Below, in pieces: positions 34,701-45,800 of a stretch of DNA of 56,135 bases. Positions within the stretch are counted from its first letter, which is position 1, and each line of letters begins with the position of its first letter. The position numbers and the translations under genes were made by a program. Origin of the DNA: Tubiluchus corallicola (taxonomy: Eukaryota; Animalia; Priapulida); assembly GCA_030141605.1 (NCBI GenBank), contig JAQGDQ010001194.1:1-56135 (forward strand). Direction: 5' to 3'. The notes below the pieces were generated by a model that saw nothing but the letters and a program-made list of their open reading frames with translations, searched no databases and had not been told where the DNA came from.

Positions 34701-37700
34701 GGACTAAGACCTCAAGGGGTGCTAAGCTCTTGAAAGAGTATGGTACCCCTATATATGTGTAATACAGAATAAAAAAATACTAAACAATAAAATGAAAGAA
34801 ACTTTCAGTAAGGTTTATTTACAGCTTATGCTAGGGCATCAGCTTTACATTGCAAAAAAAATAGAGATTAGATTAAAGATACAGAGACGAATCTAAATCT
34901 TACGAAGGAACGGCCATTTAGCTTACCTACATACAAATTGGATACCAATAAACATAGGAAAGTTTATTATAAATGAACAGAATAATATACAATGAACAAA
35001 ACGTATCCTAGCAAACAGAAAGCAAACAATTTCATTTTCCCTGCTTAAGGAAACTAAGAGGAGTGGAAAATGCAAATACAAAAATTTACTGAACGTTTTT
35101 TGTTTACAGAAATCTATGTTTCTCCGTTTAATATCATATACATGCATGTGCGGGTGCATGCGTATGTACAGTTATATTGTTGTTGGCATCCTTCTGTCTC
35201 GGAAGACAATGGAATGTGCACCAAGAGAGTGCGATCCTTGAACGTCTCCAGGGCGCGCGCCTGGGTAAGGTGTATGGAGATCCTGAGTTGCCCAGACAAC
35301 AGGAACCCCCTCTCTTCCTCCCTAGTGTAGTCCAAAGTAAAGGGGAGCGATACGTTTGGCACCAGGTTGGCTGCCGGAGTCAGTGAGCATGCTGCACTGG
35401 TCCACCTTCGGGGCGCCTGATTTGGAAGGTTTACTCCTCTACACAAGGCTGTTGGGTCACGTGAGCTCCTCATACATTATATACGTACAGTTATATTATA
35501 AATAAACACAGAAACTGTCACACATGCCACGAAGAAATAAACATAAAAAGATAAACAATGTTTTCGTATTAGATAAGCACTCACTGTAACCACATCTATG
35601 TGGTTTTTACTCAACAACTGAACAAAATTCCAAATTCATATTAATCAACTGACGGCTCAACAAAATAATATTTACCTCCTCTGAAACCAGAGCAAACTAA
35701 GAACACCTCCAATTCCCATGTCCTCTTTAAACACTTCCGTGATGGGCATACCCGCATAAACCAGCTCCTGGCCTCTCTCATCGCAAATGCTTGTCATAAA
35801 CGATGCAGGTTTACGGATGATTCCCAATTCCTTTAACAAAAAATACAAATAGAATCTTACCAACAAAACAAAAATTTGATTTCAATTAGTAATATAAAAG
35901 AAAGCTTTACAATTGACTGTGAAACAGAATATCTTGTAAAAAAAAAATTCGACTTTAATCCAAGCATAAAAGAAAAAAGAAAGCTTTACAATTGACTATG
36001 AAACAGAACATCTTGTAAAAAAACTTTTCGACTTTAATCCAAGCATAAAAGAAAGCTTTACAATTGACTGTGAAACAGAACATCTTGTAAAAAAACTTTT
36101 CGACTTTAATCCAAGCATAAAAGAAAGCTTTACAATTGACTGTGAAACAGAACATCTTGCAAAAAAAAACTTTTCGACTTTAATCCAAGCATAAAAGAAA
36201 GCTTTACAATTGACTGTGAAACAGAACATCTTGCAAAAAAAAACTTTTCGACTTTAATCCAAGCATAAAAGAAAGCTTTACTGATTGTGAAACAGAACAT
36301 CTTGTAAAAAAAAATTTCAACTTTAATCCAAGCATAAAAGAAAGCTTTATAATTGACTGTGAAACAGAACATCTTGTAAAAAAAACTTTTCGACTTTAAT
36401 CCAAGCATAAAAAAGCCATACCCTTGCCCAAGAATAATCCATGGGCACTGTTGGGGGCGGAACTTCAGGCTGAGGTACAACTACTCCTGATTTAACCAGC
36501 TTCTCATACACATCACTAAAAAACAAACAAATTATGATTTAGGAAACTTGTCACAGAGTAATCAAAGACCGATCCAGAATGTTTTACAAAACTACTTTCA
36601 ATTACCGAATGGTTTCACCGAGAACATCAAAGTTTTGAGGAACATGAGCACCAGCAGCTTTTAGAGCCTTGTTCTTAGCAACCGCCGTTTCCAGATCCGT
36701 GTTTGCACATGCACCAGCATGACCAAACTGAACCTAAAAGAAATGCGATAATACTTTAGAAGAAAGGACAAGTCATGTAGTTGCACAGAAATTTTTGGGG
36801 CATGGTGATAGCTGCCATTATCTTGAAATGATAAGTCACTTAGCTGCGCAGAAATCTTTGAGCGCGGTGACAGACTTGAAAATTATGACGTAACTAATAG
36901 AAACCCTGGCTCATAATAATCGCGCACTGCTTAAACTAATTCAAACTTAAGCAGCTTATTAAATAGTCATGCAAAATGTCAAAGAATACAGGGATGAGAA
37001 TGACAAATTGCAAAAAACTCTGAAACAGGCCGGGGGTTTAGGGGCCGCGTGAGCCCCCCCATTGGGGGTTCAAGGGGGCAAAGGCCCCTTGAAGCCAGCA
37101 ACAAATTGCAATTTTGTGACCATAGAGAGCCTCTAAGTGGACTTAAAATATCAACTACCTTGTTTCATGCATAATTTAAAATACACAACTATCAAGGATA
37201 CATGATACCTAATTGTCTCAAAAACGCCTAAGTACTGGCCGCTCCTATGCAAAAGTATATAAAAACAGTCTGCAATTGACTCAAATAACTCCGCACAATT
37301 GATTCTATATTTTTATACATAGAGATATACACGTGGTTACACTGATGTACGTGATGTAAACAAAGTGACGGCCTGCCAACTAGCGGTCAGCTTGTGAAAT
37401 AATGTACTGGGTTCGTAAAAATTTTCTCAACGAATTTACGCGATTTACAAAAATGGCACTACTGGTCTTCCAAAAACTCAGAATTCCTGGGATAGCTGTC
37501 TAATTTTGTTTTTAAAACTTATTATACTAATTTGATAGAAATGGACAGTGTACGGTTTTTCTTCAGTTAGTGAGTGACATCATCGGTGGAAGAATGGACG
37601 TTCAAAATGAGAGGTATAAAATGATCGCCACTTTAAAATTCCACAGGCAGTTATGATTAATCAATGTTAAATAACTTTCATAGAGTTAAGCCTCGTAAAA

Positions 37701-39747
37701 ACCTTTCTTTGTAAGACTAGTGAAGCTGAGAAACAATTAGCAATGAACTGCATTGATAGTCTACAGACTGCAATCTAGAAAAATCTACAGGTTGTGTGAC
37801 AATAGCTATCTCAGTAACTCTTGCTTAGCTGCAAAAGCAAACCATTGTTACTACAAAAGCGTGGAAATTTCGATAACTGCTAAAGCAAGATAATTGATGC
37901 ATAAACAAATTATCATACTGCTAGGTAATCAGACCAATTCTTCTTTTCTGTTCTAAGATTTTACTGTACCTCAGCTGTAAACATTCCAGCGCATGTACCG
38001 ATGCACCAAGCTACTAGAGGTTTATTAATTCTCCCGCTCTTAATGGCCTCCACTATTCTGTACTCCTCTGTACCTCCAACCTAAATTAAATACAATTATG
38101 CTGTGAACATCTCTGTACAAAATAGTCTTTAGTAAATAAAAATGTTTCTAAAACGAAAACTTAATATTAATAACTTCTTTTTATGTAGCAGCACTAAATC
38201 AATCATTTACACAAGTATCTCTTTAAGGTGGTTTTGTTCATGGACTTCGTAAAATTTAAATTATTCTTTTGTTGGAGGATATTACACACACAATTATCGT
38301 ATATATTAATTTTGCTGGTATATATATATATATATATATATAAGATTCGAGGCTACAGCTTGGACAACGGCACCATTTGCGGCGATCTATATATCAAATG
38401 AAAGTTCTCGATCTAGTGTCGTGCCATTGGGGGTTTATTTTTCGAATCGGGCCCACCGGGAGGAACGGGGTGCGAAAAACCTCCAAAATGGCCATTTTTC
38501 GGCAATATTTTGCAAAAGTTATATGGCTGAGATGTGGAGAACGGGAACGGGCCGAGGGGGGTGCTGGGTATGGATAGATAGCCCGTTCAGCGGTGGGTGT
38601 AGTAGGCATATTTGGAATTCGCGAGAGGGTCACGGCGCCCCGCAACGGGCGTTAGGGGGGGGGGGGTTCCCAGACCCAACTCACGATTTTTTCAAAATTT
38701 TGGTCAAACAGCCTGCAGAAAAAACGTTCTAGCGGCGCCTGGTGGGACTCTCGGAAGGACATATACGACTCTTTAGAAAGAGGAAGAACAGGGCTGCACA
38801 ATGATGTGGGCTATATTTTAGGACACGTCCACCAAGAGGAGTACTGACAAGTTAATTACATGTTCAAATTTCGGCAATTTTCGCTTGGAAAACTGCTGAC
38901 GCAAAGCCATTGTTCTGACGTCATCCATTATACTCTGCCTATAACCTCATAACTTTAATTCAGCAAAAGCTGCTACTGGCTTTGCGTTATAAACGAACAC
39001 TAGGTAGGATGTTCGTGTATTATCGATTATAAGTGTATTTAGCAAGTTTTTTTTGCGGGGCCTGTGCTAGTTGGACAAGAAAACTCTAGTCAGTTCAGCA
39101 TCTCATCTTAGAAAACTGTCCTTGACAATGAGTTCGATTCTGAAAACAAATTCTATGACACTAGAAAGAACATACGGTCCTTGCTTAACGACTCATTTAG
39201 TGACGTTTCGTCTTAGCGGCACTAAATGTTTGGCACCTTTTTCTCATTTTAGCGACGATTTTTTTGTACTTTCCTCAAAGCCATTTTTTATTTTATCAGC
39301 AATAGTTTTAGCTAATTTGAAACATTAAAACAAATACATATACATATATATATAAAAACTTATTATTCAATACCGCGCCTCGTATATGAAATGAAAAAAA
39401 TTTGGAGAAGACGTGCGCTTCAGACAGAGAATGTGAGAGAGTGAGAGAGAGAAAGCGAGAGAGAGAGAGAGAGAGAGGGGGGAATGAGAGTCAGAGAGCG
39501 AGAGAGAGAGAGGGGGGAATGAGAGTCAGAGAGAGAGAGAGAGACGAGAGACGAGAGACGAGAGACGAGAGACGAGAGACGAGAGACGAGAGACGAGAGC
39601 GAGAGCGAGAGCGAGAGCGAGAGCGAGAGCGAGAGCGAGAGCGAGAGCGAGAGCGAGAGCGAGAGCGAGAGCGAGAGCGAGAGCGAGAGCGAGAGCGAGA
39701 GCGAGAGCGAGAGCGAGAGCGAGAGCGAGAGCGAGAGCGAGAGCGAG

Positions 39748-39837
<90 letters not shown>

Positions 39838-42800
39838 TGAGAGAGAGTATAAAGATATATACATGTACCTATTGTTCAACAAACTAGTAACATAAAACAG
39901 TACAACTATTATTTATGTTTTCGCTTCCCGACTGATTGCCACTTGTATAAAGTCAGATCTATTTGCCGACACCTGGGTGCAAGCCTTATGCAAGGAATTT
40001 TGTCTGCAACCTGTTGCTATAGCAACCAGTATCTAGATGAAATTGTCTCAAAGCTGTCACAGGGCTTGGCTCCTACTATGCAGCATTCAACTACTAACTG
40101 TGTAGCTAAGGTTTAAACAATAATGCTAACTAGGTATTGACAAGAAAGATAATTAGTTTCGATTAAGCAGAAAGAAATTAATTGGTGGAAATATGAATAA
40201 AACTCGTGAGTTGAATTTATATGAATCAAGTTGCATTGGTTTTTGCCTCTGGAACGTATCTCAATTCTTTTACATTACTTTCTACGGAAGTCTTGGTTTC
40301 ATTTGACAACATTTCGCTTTTAACGTTGCATTTTGCTGGAATGGATTAGCAGGACTTACTGTATTCAAATAATTAACCTAGCCACTGGGGGGGGGGGGGA
40401 GCCAGCCCAACTCAGTGCCGGTCCAAAGCGTCAGGAAGGGCATCCGCCTGTAAAAACTGCGCCAAAACCTTCTATGAATGAGTCTAAAGTCCACAACGAG
40501 TGGTCAGACCCGCTCTAATCTATGGGCTGGAAGCAGCTTCTCTAAGGAAGACCGAAGAGAAGAAAATGGGTGTGATGGAGATGAGGATGTTGAGATGGAT
40601 GGTGGGAATAACGAGAAGAGATAAAATTAGAAATAATAATATCAGAGGAACGGTAAAAGTAGTGGAAGCCTCGCAAAATTGCGATGGCATGGACACCTGA
40701 AAAGAAGAGTCGGTGAAGATCATGTGGGAAGGGAAGACATAAATGAAGAGATGGTCAACAACAGGAATGTGTGGAGAAGACTCATTCACAACGGCGACCC
40801 TGCATAGGGAAAAGCTGGGAAGAAGAAGAAGAAGACTGTATTCAAATAATTCAAGCAAAAAAAGCTTTCTTGATCGTAGAGCATGCCAAAACTTGATGTA
40901 AATTTGTGATAAGAAATAAATCACCTCTCCTAGAAGAACCAGCATCTTCACATTCGGATCATCTTGGTAGCGAAGCATGTGATTGATGAATGTGCTGCCG
41001 GGGTAACGATCTCCACCAATCGCAACACCCTCGTAAACGCCATCTGTTGTTCGCGATATGACATTGTTCAACTCGTTCGACATGCCACCGGATCGGGACA
41101 CATACGCAACACTAAAGCGTAAATAATCTGTCACTGTGTCAATTTAAACATCACAAAGAATCACAGTCGACTCTCGTTAAACCGGACCCCGTTAGCCCGT
41201 ATATCGGATAAGACGGACGTCATCCGTGGTAAAAGAAACTGACCGATTTCCGTCCGAGCCGGAGCGCTACACACAACACGGCCTACCAACTGTACAATAA
41301 TTTCTTTATCCTCACAGGTTAACTATTTTAAAGTAATATACAGTATAGTATATAGTGCACAGTATATAGTGCAATGTATATAGGTTTTATTAAGGTGATT
41401 ATTCCTGTATAATATGGACCATATATAGGCATATCGGATAAATCGGACAATCGGCTAAACCGCCCCCCCCCCAATTAGTCCGGTTTAACGAGGGTTGACT
41501 GTAGTGAAATGATACACTCATTTTATTGTGAAATGAAAAAAAAAACACTTAAATGATAATAAAAAACAACAATTAAAATTGCAGTATTTAAAAATAGCAG
41601 AAAACACAAATGGAGTAAAAATGTATGCAGACAAGCTTAATTCAAAGAAATTACTATAGGGGGCAAGCAGTCATCAACACTTACCAATGCTTTATTAAGT
41701 TTCAGGGCTTAACTGTACTCATGCATAGTGTCTCAATAAACACATAAGGTTTGAAAAACTATCTGTCCACAGTTGAAATTATATAGCAATATAACAAAAA
41801 AGCCAGTTAACATGTTGGCTGTTGAGGTACCATATGGAAGATCCAGTTTAGCCTTGAAACCTGATGAAGCATAGTGACTACTAACGACCACTTGCAATGC
41901 CAGGCAGTGACTTCTTTGAAAAAGACAAATTTTTTTAAACTAAATGAATAAACTAGAAAATCCAGTTTAGCCTTGAAACCTGATGAAGCATAGTAACTAC
42001 TGACAACCGCTTGCAATACCAGGCAGTGATTTCTTTGAAAAAGACAATTTTTTTTAAACTAAATGAATAAACTAGAAGATCCAGTTTAGCCTTGAAACCT
42101 GATGAAGCATGGTAACTACTGACAACCACTTGCAATGCCAGGCAGTGACTTCTTTGAAAAAGACAAATTTTTTTAAACTAAATGAATAAACTAGAGAAGA
42201 TCCAGTTTAGCCTTGAAACCTGATGAAGCATGGTAACTGCTAGCGACCACTTGCACTACCAGGCAGTGACTTCCTTAAAAAAGACAAAATTTGTGAAACT
42301 AATAACACTAGTTAACTACCTGCCGGGTCGGTACAAACGAGAAGACAAGATGTTATCCAGCATTCCTCCAGTGTTACCAATCTTAAAACAACCTGGTTTC
42401 AAGCCACCAACCTAAAAATTTAAAGCAACAGTCTCATTTTAGATCTACAAACTAACCTCGGTGGAAAGTACCAAACATGTAGATATACATTTCTTTGCCT
42501 ATCGTATCAAACTTCTCATCTACAATCTATAGAACTGAGATGTGTTCTTCTTTCTTTTTCATAGAATCTACACGACAATCTGAATTTACAACAATTTAAA
42601 GTACAACTGATTTGGAAAGCAATTTATGAAACATAAATTTATAGGCTGTTGAAAAACAATAAATGATGAGACAATTATAACACTATATAGGGGCTTACGG
42701 CCAAATCACGTTGAAAACACCGATTCTCGTCTGATCACCGAAGTTAAGCAACGTAGAGCCTGGTTAGTGCTTGGATGGGTGAGCGCCTAGGAATACCAGG

Positions 42801-45800
42801 TGCTGTAGGTTTGCGGGATGCCCACACTGTATCTGGACACTAGGCGGAGGAGCTGCACAAGCAGCCAATGGCTAGAGGGCAGAGGAGGTCAAGTGACCCA
42901 ACGGCCATGTGTAGAGGAGTAAATCTTCCAAATCAGGAGTGGAGCCCCGAAGGTGGACCAGTGCAGCATGCTCACTGACTGCGGCAGCTCCTGCAGCCAA
43001 CCTGGTGCCAAACGTATCGCTCCGCTTTCCTTTGGACTACACCAGGGAAGAAGAGAGGGGGTTCCTGTTGTCTGGGCAACTCAGGATCGCCATACACCTT
43101 GCCCAGGCGTGCGCCCTGGAGACGTTCAAGGATCGGACTCTCTTGGCGCACATTCCATTGTCTTCCGAGACAGAAGGATGCCAACAATATAGGGGCAAGT
43201 ACAGTTGTGGCTTAAAACAATGATGTAGAAGGAAGACTAAACACCATCCAAGGCTTAGTGTCTTCTTACATTGAACAAATTTGTGGCCACTACAATTACT
43301 GAATGATTTGCTTAAAATAACGGAGAATTTTTGACAAAACCTAAAAAACCTATTTGATATTTAAGGAGATACATACTGTAGCAGGGCCAATAATAGAAAT
43401 TCCTTTTTTATTCGCAACTTTGATTATTTCCCGTGTTTTGGCTTCCGGAATGCCTTCAGCAATGATCGCAATTGTGCGAATCTGTGGATATTTCATAACG
43501 TCCATTGTGCTCTCGTACGCGGAGCGAAGTGATGCGAAGCTTATCAACACGTCAGCATCTGGGTGTTTCTTCATCCCATCATCAAGACTCTTGTAAACTG
43601 AAAATAAACCATAATTATTATTATTATTATTATTATGAGTTTATTTTGTATAAAAATATATAATTTTTGTCAAACAGCCTGCAGAAAAAATGTTCTAGCA
43701 GTGCCTGGTGTGACTCTCGGAAGGAGATATATAACTCTTTAGAAAGAAGAAGAACAGGGCTACACAATGATGTGGGATATATTTTAGGGCACGTCCACCA
43801 AAAGGAGTAGCGACGAGTTAATTAGATGTTCTATTTTCGGCAATTTTCGCTTGGAAAACTGCTGACGCAAAGCCATTGTTCTGACGTCATCCATTATACT
43901 CTGTCTATAACTTTAATTCAGTAAAAGCTGCTACTGGCTTTGTGTTAGATAAACAAACAAACACTAGGTAGAATGTTAGCGTATTTTTGATTATAAGTGA
44001 ATTTATACGCAAAATTTTTGCGGGGCCTTTGCTAGTTATTAATATTATGAGTTTATTTCGTATAAAAAATATACAGCTTACAAAGATAAATATGTTAGTA
44101 AAACAGGTAATGCGATGTTAGTAAAGTAACAATTCTACAGAAATTCAATTTTATAATAACCACACATTGTAGTACCCTTGTAATTATATTACATTATACA
44201 GTGCTGTAAGAAGCTATAATAGGTATCTTAAAACATAATCTTTAATTTTACATTTTCGTTTAGATCTACAGTACAACCATATTTAAATCTTAAATTTACT
44301 TGACTGTTATTTACATAGCAGCATAGCTTTGGAATTCTCAATGTGCTAGCTTTGCAATTTTTCTCACAAAGTTTAATTTTCGACTATCTATTAAATAATT
44401 TGCAGGCATTGTGCCACAAAAATACATTAACAATTTAACGCTTTCATTTTGTCTAAAATCGAATATTTTTCTATAAGCAGTGTTCCATTTTACCCTAATG
44501 GCATTAACTTCATTGTTTGATATACCCCCAATTTCGCATCCGTATAACAAAATGGGTAGACAATATGTATTGATCAGAGTTTTAGCTACTATGTCATTAC
44601 GATTATGGCCCATACTTGAGAGAATATTATTCACGGAACCAATGAATTTCCTTTTTAACCTTGAAACATCAATAAAAGTACTATCACTTGTCAAAATATC
44701 GCAACCCAAATACTTTAAATAATATTAGAGCCAGGAGCGTAACCAGGTTGTAAAATCAGGGGAAGCAAGCACATAAGCATGACACATGAAGAAAATGTAC
44801 GTTTCTCCATGCTACAGCTGACAGTGTCAGCATGACAAAAATATATTATAATAATTAGATTTGGGGCAGTTTGATCCTTGGTTCAATCAATCAACCTTGA
44901 CAAATGATATGAGTAAATGCATGCTCATTTCAAAAACATAGGAGGCAGCATTGGTCAAATAAAGTAATGACTCTAGAAAATTCTTCCAAAACCACGCAAT
45001 TAAAAAAAAGATTTGACTAAACTAACTCAACTCAGCTCAGCCCAGCCCAGTCCAGTCCAGTCCAGCCCAGTCCAGCCCAGCCCAGCCCAGCCCAGCCCAG
45101 CACAGCACAGCACAGCACAGCACAGCACAGCACAGCACAGCACTACACTGCACTACACTACACTACACTACACTACACTACACTACACTACACTACACTA
45201 CACTACACTACACTACACTACACTACACTACACTACACTACACTACACTACACTACACTACACTACACTACACTACACTACACTACACTACACTACACTA
45301 CACTACACTACACTACACTAAACTAAACTAAACTAAACTAAACTAAAAGTCAACTAAAGAAATAGAAAAATTAGATGAAACGGCGCCAGTTTTGAAAAAT
45401 GTGCTCGGAGGAATAGCTGCTCCCTTTGCACCTATACCACATATTAGTGCTAACAGTAACAAGTATAAACTGCATCTCTGATCATTGAGTTGACAGTTAA
45501 TGCAGACTTTGTTCAAGACAAAGCACAGAAGTAAACATTACGGGCAACGGCACAAGCAACTGCAACAATTCAAGAATGCTTGCAACAATGATGAAATCTA
45601 CTTGTTGTTATGATTTTTATTTCTACATTGCAATAACTATTTTAATACCAGTTTTTTTCCAAGACATACGATGAAGAACATAAAACCGTTAAAAAACTGT
45701 TCCAAAACAGTTTTCAGTGACTTTTTGCACTACTCGACTCAAGGACTGACTACAAAACCATATTCGTTTCCAGAAAAAAAATCATTACAAACAAATACAA

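Noticed and set aside
39402-39887. RE-, SL- and AL-repeat ORFs (likewise poly-Y at 20183 and HYTTL at 45013)
   Set aside because: Translations of microsatellites.
41836-42300. Hammerhead ribozyme or snoRNA array suggested by CTGATGA/GAAA and a terminal ACA
   Set aside because: No stem II closes between CTGATGA and GAAA; the C-box-like motif is antisense to the host gene; no convincing H box on the sense strand.
42693-42812. Functional 5S rRNA genes (also ~12640-12755 and ~31355-31472)
   Set aside because: Dispersed, individually mutated, lacking a T-run terminator, always fused to the same body and flanked by TSDs, so these are SINE heads.
42939-43223. Recurrent ORFs such as [19 protein letters not shown]...[11 protein letters not shown] (also 12273, 30993, 35114)
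   Set aside because: Chance frames within the GC-rich SINE body; starts, stops and indels differ between copies.
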